In this document: piece after piece, positions 9,663 through 19,800 of the stretch
Layout of the letters: each line of letters opens with the position of its first letter
Position numbering within the stretch: position 1 is the first letter of the stretch
From: Candidatus Poribacteria bacterium
GTDB lineage: Bacteria > Poribacteria > WGA-4E > PCPOR2b
Direction: 5' to 3'
Length of the DNA: 64,000 nucleotides
NCBI GenBank assembly: GCA_965208675.1
Contig: OZ242351.1
Location: 1,920,001 to 1,984,000 of the forward strand
The notes under the pieces: generated by a model
The model's input: only the letters and a program-made list of their open reading frames with translations
Databases searched by the model: none
What the model was told of the DNA's origin: nothing
Position numbers and translations under genes: made by a program

Positions 9663-10412
9663 CTAACGCTTCCCCGTCAATGGAACAAACCGGACGTGCA
9701 TAATCTGTTTAGTCACGACGGAACCGTCGGCTTTTTTTTGCACAAGCATCAGGGATTGCACCTGAAACCGCCCGCCGACGGGGATGCACATTATCCCGCC
9801 AGGCTTGAGTTGGCGCACGAGGGGCGGCGGGATGTGATCCGCAGCGGCAGTGACGATAATGGCGTCGAACGGCGCATGTTTTTCCCAACCGTAGTAGCCG
9901 TCTCCAATCTTCACCGTCAGGTTTTTATATCCGAGTCCTTCCAGCCGATTCTTAGCTTTTTGACCCAATTTTTCAATTATCTCAATAGTAAAAACATGGT
10001 CGACCAACTCCGCCAAAACCGCCGCTTGATACCCTGACCCCGTGCCAATTTCGAGCACCTTGTGCTCCTTCTTGGGTTTCAGAAGTTCGGTCATAAATGC
10101 AACAATGTATGGCTGCGATATAGTCTGATCGTATCCGATCGGCAGTGGGTGATCGGCGTAGGCGCGGGGTTTGTCCACCTCACGGACAAATTCATGGCGA
10201 AGCACACGCCGCATGGCGTCTAGAACCCGATCGTCCGTCACACCTTTTCGGGTACCCCGGACGCCGCGTTGGTCAATTTGTGTCGCTACCATATGGTCGC
10301 GCTTGGTTTTGTAATGCGTCTCACCGCGATCGCCAATGCTGAGTTGCGGTATGGCGGCAAATAGAGAACAGCCAAGCAGAAAAAAGATGTTGATAGCATA
10401 CCTCGGTTTCAT
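9663..10412 (-). CDS. pcm: Protein-L-isoaspartate O-methyltransferase with N-terminal signal peptide or anchor
   Basis: QTISQPY, VLEIGTGSGYQAA, APFDAIIVTAA and VRFVPL motifs. Confidence 0.95.
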   Translation of the reverse strand: MKPRYAINIFFLLGCSLFAAIPQLSIGDRGETHYKTKRDHMVATQIDQRGVRGTRKGVTDDRVLDAMRRVLRHEFVREVDKPRAYADHPLPIGYDQTISQPYIVAFMTELLKPKKEHKVLEIGTGSGYQAAVLAELVDHVFTIEIIEKLGQKAKNRLEGLGYKNLTVKIGDGYYGWEKHAPFDAIIVTAAADHIPPPLVRQLKPGGIMCIPVGGRFQVQSLMLVQKKADGSVVTKQIMHVRFVPLTGKR

Positions 10413-10506
10413 GTCAAACCTTATTTATTACGTGATTGGGGATTGGTGCAGACCAGACCTAGCGTATCCTCGTTAACGTACTAAGGATTTATGGCTTAAA
10501 AAGCGC

Positions 10507-10877
10507 TTGAGTTGGGAATAAGCCGGGTTCTGTCCCCTAATTTGCTTTCGCGCATCAGGGTGACGATCATTCATCTGGGATTGATGTTTCCATCAACCTC
10601 ATGCGGCTCACCCGAGGACTAGGCGGGCGCACCTATACACGTCCTTCTATTTGGCCTTGCTCCAGGCGGGGTTTACCTAGCTCCCGATGTCGCCACCGGG
10701 ACTGGTGCGCTTTTACCGCACCGTTTCACCTGTACAACGCATAGTGCGTTGTAGTCTACTCTCTGTTGCACTTTCCATAGCGTCACCGCTCCTGGGTGTT
10801 ACCCAGCGCCTCGCCCTGCGGAGCCCGGACTTTCCTCATCCCGACTTTATCGGAACGCGACCATCTACCCAACTCAA
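10507..10877 (-). ncRNA. rnpB: RNase P RNA, bacterial type A
   Basis: Minus strand contains GAGGAAAGTCCGGGCTCC, GAAAGTGCAACAG, GGTAAACCCC and ACAGAACCCGGCTTA; closing P1 helix TTGAGTTGGG/CCCAACTCAA. Confidence 0.97.
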
Positions 10878-11197
10878 GCTGCATAAATAATAACATACCG
10901 CACTTTACACGTCAACTATCCGGCTGTGTACGGCGAATTATATTGCATGAGAGGTTCGCCTGTTTGCGTCAGCACTTGGTGGGAACGGAGGTTCATTTCA
11001 TCGTTATTTGCACAAAAAAGAACATTTTTCGTCAAAAGTGCACCGTTTAGTGCAAGATCCACGAAGAATGCGGATTTGCCTATCATACCGCTTGAAGGCT
11101 TTTCCCGACGCCGAATAACAAAATCCTGCCCGTACGCCTTGTTAGATCGTGCCTTCTACTCGCTAACAGAGACTAATTTGACGGGACTTATGGGTTT

Positions 11198-11212
11198 TGG
11201 CATATAATTTGC
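11198..11212 (+). promoter_or_regulatory. Putative sigma54 (-24/-12) promoter
   Basis: TGGCATATAATTTGC fits TGGCAY-N5-TTGC; lies in an upstream block duplicated at 12337-12430. Confidence 0.6.
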
Positions 11213-11447
11213 GCTCAATCCTAGTCGAGCACCTGATTCAGTTTTGATTACTTTGGCAACCGTGCAATGAAACTATTCAAATAGGCGGTGGGCATTTCGC
11301 CAGTTGAAGATTCACCGTATTCAACTGTCCGGCATTGGCGGATAGCAAAACACTGTTTCATCAGTTGGAAAAGCGGTTCCGAAGTATTTGACAATATATT
11401 CCTTGAGCGGCACTGGCACAGCGTCACGTATGAAAGGAGATAAAGCG

Positions 11448-12311
11448 ATGAGGTTCATTTTGGTTTTTGCAACAATTTTCTATCTCGGTTGTGAACACGA
11501 CCACGCAGAATTTTCACTACTTGACCACACCCATCAAGAGTATCCGGAGCTAAGCCATGAACACGATTTTGTTATACATGAGCACCCTGTACCTACACAC
11601 TCGCATGACTTAATTAGACATGAGCATAACTACGCTACCCCCACGCATAATCACCCTTTAACCGAACATGGGCATTCTGAATTGGCTATTGATATTCAAA
11701 ACGCAGAAGCACAAATTAGAAGCCTTGAAAAATTCCGTGAGCATACACACGTAAACTTACACGGCCAAATTCTTGTTCACGACCATGACTCGACTAAGCT
11801 AACCTTTGACGTTTGCCCAATCCCAAACTTCGATAAAGACTGGCAAGGTAAAGCCTATTTTGACTTTGGGCGCATATCGGAATGGGATCGTCAGCCTACA
11901 GGTAAACTCATACTCTCCGATGGGCTATACGCGGCCTTAGTGGAAACTAGCTATCTCCATATAGAAGATGAAGATGGTAATAGATATAAAGGTCCCGCAA
12001 TTGTGATGGGTGGATATGTAAGTGTACCGACGCGTGTTCGCTTTACCCATTACGCCACGAATAGCACTGATGATGGTAGGTTAACCGCCGATGAAGTGCT
12101 TACGACTAACGTTAAAAATTCATGGTTAGGCTTAGACCATAATAACACAGATATCCAATACCAGATTAGCATACAAGAGCCAGACGTATTTAGGCGCGGA
12201 AGCTCCAGTTGGGGTTGCCAAGAAAATCATGAAAAATATGCTAGAGACCTCGTTGAACAATTTTTAGTTTTGGCGCAAGACCTGATTGACATAATGAGAG
12301 GAAGGCGGTAG
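11448..12311 (+). CDS. Uncharacterised lipoprotein with HxH repeats (paralogue 1)
   Basis: SD AAAGGAG before ATG 11448; lipobox YLGC; more than 10 HxH motifs; C-terminal domain shared with 12587-13384. Confidence 0.85.
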   Translation: MRFILVFATIFYLGCEHDHAEFSLLDHTHQEYPELSHEHDFVIHEHPVPTHSHDLIRHEHNYATPTHNHPLTEHGHSELAIDIQNAEAQIRSLEKFREHTHVNLHGQILVHDHDSTKLTFDVCPIPNFDKDWQGKAYFDFGRISEWDRQPTGKLILSDGLYAALVETSYLHIEDEDGNRYKGPAIVMGGYVSVPTRVRFTHYATNSTDDGRLTADEVLTTNVKNSWLGLDHNNTDIQYQISIQEPDVFRRGSSSWGCQENHEKYARDLVEQFLVLAQDLIDIMRGRR

Positions 12312-12363
12312 GATCGATCTCCGAATCGCGAACTGCGACTAATTTGAAGGGACTTATGGGTTT

Positions 12364-12378
12364 TGGCATATAATTTGC
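12364..12378 (+). promoter_or_regulatory. Putative sigma54 promoter (second copy)
   Basis: Identical TGGCATATAATTTGC in the duplicated upstream block. Confidence 0.6.
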
Positions 12379-12586
12379 GTCCAATTCGAGCACCAGATTC
12401 AGTTTCGATAACTTTGGCAACCTTGCAATTCAAACCGTTTAAATTTGTGGAACGCCACTTTTCTAGTTCAGAATCAACCTTGTACACATGACGGGGCGCG
12501 TGAAAAATGTACTATGAACAAGCAAAACGCCATGGTTACATTCTTTGGCCCAATCACATAGCTGCACGTAATGAAAGGAGAATACG

Positions 12587-13384
12587 ATGAAATGTGTATT
12601 TGTCGTCTTGGCAATTTGTCTATTAGGTTGCGGACATGAACATCCTGAATATATTTTGACTGATCAGGATCGCGACTTAATTGAACACACACATGATTAT
12701 GCGTCAATAGGTCATGAACACGATTTAACTGAACACAATCACGACTATGCCTCGATTTCCCATAAACATGAATCAGCCCTGATTGAACACACTCACCCCG
12801 CAGTTCGTTCACGGCTAAATCGGCTTGAGTTAAACCGCAACCATACCCACACCGATTTACACTCACGGATAAACACTCACGATCATGAGGTACCTCAGTT
12901 AACCTTTGATACATGCCCAATTCCGCATTTAAATACGGATTGGAAAGGGAAATCTGCTTTCTTCTATTTCCCTGATGACTCAGGCAATATCTTGCTGTCG
13001 AACGGCGAATACGGCGCGTTAGCAATAAGCAGTTACGGGAGACCCGGTGATTACGATTACGTAGTTGGCGGACCGGTGATTAACTCCATTCGAATTTCGG
13101 TAAGCCATAGGGGTACCGACAGCGGGAATGAACACGGTGAACCGATCCCAGACGGCGAATTGACAGATGCTGAGGTAACCGAGTATGACTTGAATAATTC
13201 TTGGGTCGGTTTGGACCGAGATCATGAAATCCTGTTGTATAATTTGGCAAGCCAAGGTGACCTAAGTGGAGCGTCCGCATCAATTACGTGCGTGCCTGAA
13301 GAGGAAAAAGAGGCGCCCGACCTTGCTTTAAGGCTTACTAATTTAGCAAAGGATTTAATCGATATAATGGAGAGAAGTGAATGA
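12587..13384 (+). CDS. Uncharacterised lipoprotein with HxH repeats (paralogue 2)
   Basis: SD AAAGGAG, lipobox LLGC, HxHDYAS repeats; LTFDxCPIP..DWxGK, NSWxGLD and LAxDLIDIM shared with paralogue 1. Confidence 0.85.
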   Translation: MKCVFVVLAICLLGCGHEHPEYILTDQDRDLIEHTHDYASIGHEHDLTEHNHDYASISHKHESALIEHTHPAVRSRLNRLELNRNHTHTDLHSRINTHDHEVPQLTFDTCPIPHLNTDWKGKSAFFYFPDDSGNILLSNGEYGALAISSYGRPGDYDYVVGGPVINSIRISVSHRGTDSGNEHGEPIPDGELTDAEVTEYDLNNSWVGLDRDHEILLYNLASQGDLSGASASITCVPEEEKEAPDLALRLTNLAKDLIDIMERSE

Positions 13385-13834
13385 CACTATACGGTGTACA
13401 AATACGAATAACCGTGAGTGCGGCGAATAAACCAGATTGTGACGCCGTATAGGGGAAGGCGCACTGATGTAGCCTCCTACACGGTGATTATAACCCCTGT
13501 CATGGTCACCGAATTACCTGTTTTTGCCGCTTCGCATGGGTGTTCGCGGTTTCATACTCATGGTTGTCCGTGAGGAAAATAAATCGCGCCAGAAAGCTGA
13601 GAGTTTTTCTCGGACTCGGAACAGTCTGTCCACAACTCTTCTGTTTCCGAACGGTTGGCGTGCAGTGACTCGACAAAGCCACGTTGACTGAAGTGTTGCA
13701 TGCTTGCGTCCTCGCTGTATTGTTATGCCGAACGGCATGATGACATTGACTAGTTCTTTTCGAAACAGTGCAATCCGTCTGTATCTTGTGATTCTGTCCT
13801 CATCAGAAACCAGAATCCTTTCTAACCTCTTGCT

Positions 13835-14887
13835 TTATCGCTTCCGCATTTCCGGATATAACGGTTGAATCTCGGTCCCAAATTGCAGTTCTGAGACCGA
13901 TCGATAGCGTTTAGAGAGATCGATGACAAGATAGGTCGGTACACCGGGCGATGCACCGTACCCGGTAGTGAAAATCAGTTGACCCCCGCCAAGTTTCGCC
14001 ACGCCGTCTTGGACAAATTCTTTTGGAAAGTACCTCAGCGGTGTATGCCCAACAATCAACACGCCGCCGCCGATGTGTTTAAGAAAGGTGTCCGTTTCTG
14101 TAGGCGTGTGCCCGCCAGCCTGAACAACGATAGAGCGGCCCCAAAGCAATTCTTCAAGCACCTTTGAACTCGGTTGCACAAGGCTAGAAAGGTTTTTTAC
14201 GGCGCGCGAAACTCCAGCATGGACGCCAACAACGCCGTTTTTCCCGACCACAGCGGTTGGTAGATTAAATAGGAATTCATAATGTTCGTCCGTCATCCGC
14301 TCGATAAAATTGAACTGCCGGAAATATGCGCCTTGCGGACTTCGATAAAGCGAATCAATCAGTTGTTCACGGTTGGCTGCGGTCAATCCGTGTTTCTTGA
14401 GCAGTGCATAAGTGTTTGCGGCTTCGAACTCGTGATTGCCTTTGAGGCAAATCAACCGCTCCCCCAATGTTCCAAGTTGCTTCTTGAGTTGCATCAACTT
14501 GTCAACAATTTTCGTATCGCCGTGCGGTTCAAAAACCGGATCGCCCGGTTTGTGGTCTACAACATCACCGAGAATCAATCCGTACACATCCGCCCCTGAT
14601 TCAATCTGCGAGATCAAGCCTGTTCGGTCAAGCCACTGATTAAAGTCACGCCAATGCGCATGAAAATCCGCCGCAATGTACACCGTTCCGTGATCTGGGA
14701 GGATAATCAACCCGCCGTCGCGCACCAGTTCATTCGGGTAATCGGCAAGCTGCTTATTACGTTGGGACGGGTTTGATTCCAAAACTTTGGTGGAAGCGCT
14801 CAATCCCATTGCTAACAGGCAGCAGAGCGCCATCCAAGTGGACAGATGGAATCGAAGCGCCGCAGATTTCATCGAATTGTTCTCCAT
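13835..14887 (-). CDS. Secreted calcineurin-like metallophosphoesterase
   Basis: Signal peptide; ADFHA, GDVVD, GNHE, HAG and GHT motifs. Confidence 0.88.
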   Translation of the reverse strand: MENNSMKSAALRFHLSTWMALCCLLAMGLSASTKVLESNPSQRNKQLADYPNELVRDGGLIILPDHGTVYIAADFHAHWRDFNQWLDRTGLISQIESGADVYGLILGDVVDHKPGDPVFEPHGDTKIVDKLMQLKKQLGTLGERLICLKGNHEFEAANTYALLKKHGLTAANREQLIDSLYRSPQGAYFRQFNFIERMTDEHYEFLFNLPTAVVGKNGVVGVHAGVSRAVKNLSSLVQPSSKVLEELLWGRSIVVQAGGHTPTETDTFLKHIGGGVLIVGHTPLRYFPKEFVQDGVAKLGGGQLIFTTGYGASPGVPTYLVIDLSKRYRSVSELQFGTEIQPLYPEMRKR

Positions 14888-15251
14888 TGCGCCAATTGAA
14901 CGGAGGATGAGTTATTCGGCACGACTGGCAACGCAACGTAATGCGTTCCGCTTGTGCTCAATGCCGAATTGACCTAGTAAATTATATCCTAGCCAATTGC
15001 CATAATCAACAAGTTCGATGCGCCTTTGAAAAGATTGACCATGTCTCCGATTCCGGAAACGCCGCCTGCTTTTTCGCTTTGCCCTTCAATATACCTTGAC
15101 ATACTTTTTCTACTGACGTATTCTAGATTGCTAAATCTGAATCCACCGGAATCACACCGAAACGATTTTTCATGTAAACAACCCGCTGCCAATTTCAACC
15201 CATTTTCCCAATTCAGATTTTACTAACGGTCAAGTGTAGAAAGGGGAACTC

Positions 15252-16532
15252 ATGAAAGTCATTGATGTGGAACGCACTATTGTCGATGTGCCGTATACGG
15301 CGCGGCAGAGCCAGATTACCATTGAGAGTGTATCGACAGTTTATAACTGGTCTGTTTTAGAGATGTGTAAAGTAACCACTGATACCGGACATGTTGGATG
15401 GGGTGAGACGGTGATTCACTACACCTATGGACGCACCACTGACGAGAGTGTGCAGCGTGTCTTGGGCGAAAGTCCTGCCAAATGGATGAACGACGATTCG
15501 ATTGGCGCAGGTTTGCAGATGGCGCTCTTCGATGTTGTCGGAAAAATCCTAGAAGTGCCAGTCTACGAATTGATTGGGACGAAGGTTAGGGATACGGTTC
15601 CTATTTCGTGGTGGTCGATAGACGCTTCACCGCAAAAATGGGCGGCTGAAGCCAAAGATGCCGCGGCGTGCGGTTATACCAGCTTCAAAAATAAGGTTCG
15701 TCCGTGGTGGGACATCGTCGAACAGGTTGATGCAATTTGCAATGTTGTTCCCCAGGATTTCGAACTCGATTTAGATCCAAACGCTTCTTTCCGAGATGCA
15801 GCGACCGCAATACCTATCATGGAAAAGTTGGCTAAATACGACAACGTAGCCATGTTTGAAACACCAATACCGCAGGAACATATAGCAGACAATAAGCGAA
15901 TTCGTGCGGAGACAGACCGTCCGATCGCGATGCACTTCGGATCGCCGCCCTACACCGTCAACGTCAGGGAATCCGTGTGCGACGGGTTTGTTATCAGCGG
16001 CGGAAAATCCGATGTCGTGCGGCAAGGGTTGTTAAGCGCTGAGGCTGATTTGCCTTTCTGGTTGCAGATAGTGGGAACCGGATTGACGACTACTTGGGCG
16101 GGGCATCTGGGCGCAGTTCTCACTCACGCCACTTGGCCTGCGATTACCTGCATAAACATTTACAGCCATCACTTGCTGACAAAGCCTGTTGAAGTCGTCG
16201 ACGGATGCCACAGAATTCCGGACGCTCCCGGTTTAGGCGTCGAAGTTGACGAAGATGCCGTCGAAAGGTACCGCGTGCCTGATGAAAAGCTTGACGCCGA
16301 GGGGCTTTACAAACATCCGGATCCGAGGATTATCAAGACGGTCGTATATCCAGATGGCAGTTGTATCCACATGGAGGGCGACCGCCTAGAATATTTCAAT
16401 AGCGGCGAAGGCGAAGCCCAAGTAGAGGGTGCGCGTTTGGAGGTGTGGTACGACGACGGCTCAAGTGAGTGGACCAGTCTGTTCCGGCGAGTGCAGAAGA
16501 GTCCGGAACCAGGCCGGTGGCAGGTGCGATAA
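15252..16532 (+). CDS. Mandelate racemase/muconate lactonizing enzyme family protein
   Basis: GWGE, ALFDVVGK, KNK, DPN, ETP and PGLGVE motifs. Confidence 0.9.
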   Translation: MKVIDVERTIVDVPYTARQSQITIESVSTVYNWSVLEMCKVTTDTGHVGWGETVIHYTYGRTTDESVQRVLGESPAKWMNDDSIGAGLQMALFDVVGKILEVPVYELIGTKVRDTVPISWWSIDASPQKWAAEAKDAAACGYTSFKNKVRPWWDIVEQVDAICNVVPQDFELDLDPNASFRDAATAIPIMEKLAKYDNVAMFETPIPQEHIADNKRIRAETDRPIAMHFGSPPYTVNVRESVCDGFVISGGKSDVVRQGLLSAEADLPFWLQIVGTGLTTTWAGHLGAVLTHATWPAITCINIYSHHLLTKPVEVVDGCHRIPDAPGLGVEVDEDAVERYRVPDEKLDAEGLYKHPDPRIIKTVVYPDGSCIHMEGDRLEYFNSGEGEAQVEGARLEVWYDDGSSEWTSLFRRVQKSPEPGRWQVR

Positions 16533-16824
16533 GTTAGTCGGAACACCTATTACTTCGTCCGTGTTTTTTGTAGGGCGGCAAAATAATTATCGCGTGGACC
16601 AATTCAGATTAAACTCTGTACCCTCCCAATCGTCCATGTTTATAACACCAGTTCAACCAGCCGGAATTAGCAGGTCACTGCAAGGAAAGCGTGTGCGCTA
16701 AGCGCAGTCCCGCCTAAATGTCCTAATTCAAGGATTTGTAACTGTAAAATCCGCGGTTGGATTCTCGCCCAAAATTTGGCACGATTCGCCAAACCACAAC
16801 AAAAAACACAATGAGGTAGAAAAA

Positions 16825-19800
16825 ATGACTGGACTGAATACGTTAATGGCCATCAGTCTTCTCGGCGGCATTGCCTTCGCACAGACGCCGCAGCCTATTG
16901 ACCCGATGGAAGAGGATGTCACTCAAGGTGCGTTGCGCGTCAATACCGACGAGGGAATCGTTGAATGCCCGCTGAAACACACGGATGTCAGTGCGAGCAT
17001 CTCCGGCTTCATTGCCCGCGTGACAGTGACCCAAACGTTCGACAACCCGTTCGACGAAAATATTGAGGCAGCTTATGTGTTCCCGCTGCCGCATACCGCC
17101 GCCGTGGATGATATGACAATGGTCATCGGCGAGCGGCGGATAGTGGGAATAATCAAGCGTCGGGATGAAGCGCGCGCTATGTATGACCAGGCAGTCAAAC
17201 GGGGATCGACAGCAAGCCTGCTAGAACAGGAACGCCCTAATATCTTTACCCAGTCGGTCGGCAACATTAAGCCCGGCAAAGAAATCCACATCGAAATTTC
17301 TTATGTTGATGTGCTCAACTACGACATGGGAACTTACGAATTTCATTTCCCGATGGTGGTCGGTCCCCGTTTTATACCGGGTGCACCGATTTCCAAGAAA
17401 CCGGAGCTGCCGAGCGAACTGAAGGGCAAGGTTGGCGAAATAGAAGAATCGGAAACGCTTACAGAAGAGGGACACCCGTCCGGCACAGGTTGGTCGCCGG
17501 ACACGACGCGGGTGACAGACGCCTCGCGAATTACTCCGCCGACGCTCAAGCCGGGCTACCGCACCGGACATGATATTAGTCTTTCAGTGACACTCGAAGC
17601 GGGTGTGCCGATTGGGGACATAAAGATTGTCAATCATGAAGCGACGCTTAAGCGCATGGGAGCATCAAGCGCCACGGCGGAAATTTCGCCTTCGGATTCA
17701 ATTCCAAATAAAGATTTTGTGATGAAATACACTGTCGCCGGTGAAAAGTCGGAGATGGCTGTTTTGGCGCACTCGAAAGGCACTGACCAAGGCTATTTCA
17801 TGCTCATGATCCAGCCAAAACTCCACGCCGAACTCGCCCAAGCACCCCCGCGCGACCTGGTTTTTCTCGTTGATGCCTCAGGTTCGATGAGCGGCGAACC
17901 TTTGGATAAAGTGAAAGAAGCGATGCGCCACTTTTTCCGCCTGAGTAAGCCGAACGACACTGTGCAGGTCATCACCTTTGCCAACCGCGCTGAGAATTTG
18001 TTTGAAAAACCGGTACCGGCGACTCAAGACAACGTCAAACGCGCCTTGAAGTTCACACAGCAGATTCAAGCTAGTGGCGGAACGGAGATGCTCACGGGTA
18101 TACAAAAAGTGCTCAACGAACCGGCGGACTCAGAACGGGTGCGTATCGTCGTGATGCTCACGGATGGCCAAATCGGCAATGAGGCGGAGATAATTGAAGA
18201 GGTTGGAAAGCACGCCGGAGACCAGATTCGGTTTTGGACAATCGGCATCGGCTCGTCCCCCAACCGGTTCTTAATTGATGGCGTGGCGAAACAGGGCGGC
18301 GGAATGTCAGGCGTACTTGAACTCAACACCGATCCAAAGGAACTGGTTTCACGGATTGTTCACCGAATCCATCGTGCACAACTCGCGAACATTCGGATCG
18401 ATTGGAACGATCTGTCCGTCTACGAAGTCTTTCCACGCCGCATCCCTGAATTGTGGACAGGAAGCCCGGTCATTTTATTTGGACGTTATGCGAATGGCGG
18501 AAAGACACAACTTGAGTTATCAGGCGCCGCGGAGGGAAAACCGCTCTCTTATTCGCTCGACGTAACGCTTCCGAATGTGAATCCCGAGCACGGCGTTCTC
18601 TCCACTGTGTGGGCGCGGAAGAAGATTGAGGACATCTCAGCGCAGATGTACTATGCCGACACCCCCGAAGTCAGAGAAGAAATTAAGCAGGTAGCGATTA
18701 CTTATCGGCTGATGAGCCAATACACGAGTTTCGTCGCAGTTGATGAAAGCGAAGTGCAGCTCGCGAGTGCGCAGGCGAAACCGCCCCGGCAGGTGGCTGT
18801 TCCTGTGCCAATACCAGCAGGAGTTGATTTTGAAGGCGTCTTTGGTAACAGACACAGTGTACGAATCGAAGTTGATGATGATTTTGACTTGGTAAATCGC
18901 AAAGTTCTTCGTAAACCTAAACCGTCCGCTCCAATGAGGGTATCTTCATCCGACACTACAATGGTTTCAAATCAAGCACACCGGATGAATTATTCCGCAC
19001 AACCAAACCGTCGGTCAGTAGTGAGGAGGAAAATTTTACGACAGGTAAAGCCTACTTTACCTACAAGTGCACTTAAAAGCGAGGAGCCACGGGGACTTGC
19101 TATGATGAAATCCACGATTGGCGAAACAAGCAAATTTCAGCAAGAAGCTCAAATCCCTACGCTGCGGTCAAGTGACACCTTGTATGAACGACCTCGCCTC
19201 CGTAGCGACGGTATTCAAGGCATTGCACGTGCCCTTTTCGCTCAGTGGGCGATGCAAAGGCACGAAGGGGTACAAGAGGCATTTGCGGAGGCAGAAGAAC
19301 TCCGTAAACGCGGCAAACTTGAAGCGGCACGACTCCGTTACCAGCACGTGTTGGGGTTGCTAGCAGGCATTGAGGATGAGGATGAAATATACCCCGCCGC
19401 TACCAAAGCCATTTTTTCAATAACGGAAGAGATTGGCCGGAATCGTGCCGGAACCCATTCGCGATTGAACCGAAAACTCGACCTCGTTATTCGACATCAG
19501 CCGCTCGGCAATGCAATCTGCACGGTTGCCAAAGCGAGTGGATTCGAACTTGACCTCATTGTCGGCAGCCTCGAAGATGTCGGAGAGTTGCTGAATTCGA
19601 CGGAACTTCGAGTGACGTATCTGGACTTACGCAATGCCACAGTGATTCAAGCGCTTGATTGGCTGCTCGCACCGTACCATCTAACATGGCAAATGAAAGG
19701 CGCGGACACCATTACAGTCGGCACATCGCGGCGTTTACAGACGCCCTCAGCATGGGGATACGAAGTTGCAGATCTCGCAATACCTTCGGAAAAAGAATTT

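Noticed and set aside
10687-11207. Short ORFs overlapping or near rnpB
   Set aside because: Antisense to RNase P RNA or its promoter region, with no protein motifs
11388-11447. N-terminal extension of the first HxH lipoprotein given in the ORF track
   Set aside because: SD and signal peptide indicate ATG 11448
13514-13738. 74-aa basic ORF in frame after the phosphoesterase stop codon (possible readthrough)
   Set aside because: The stop is TAA, and there is no recognisable motif or convincing SD
16776-16792. TTGGCACGATTCGCC as a sigma54 promoter for the VIT-VWA gene; likewise TGGCACACGATTGC near 62818
   Set aside because: GG-to-GC spacing does not match the strict -24/-12 geometry
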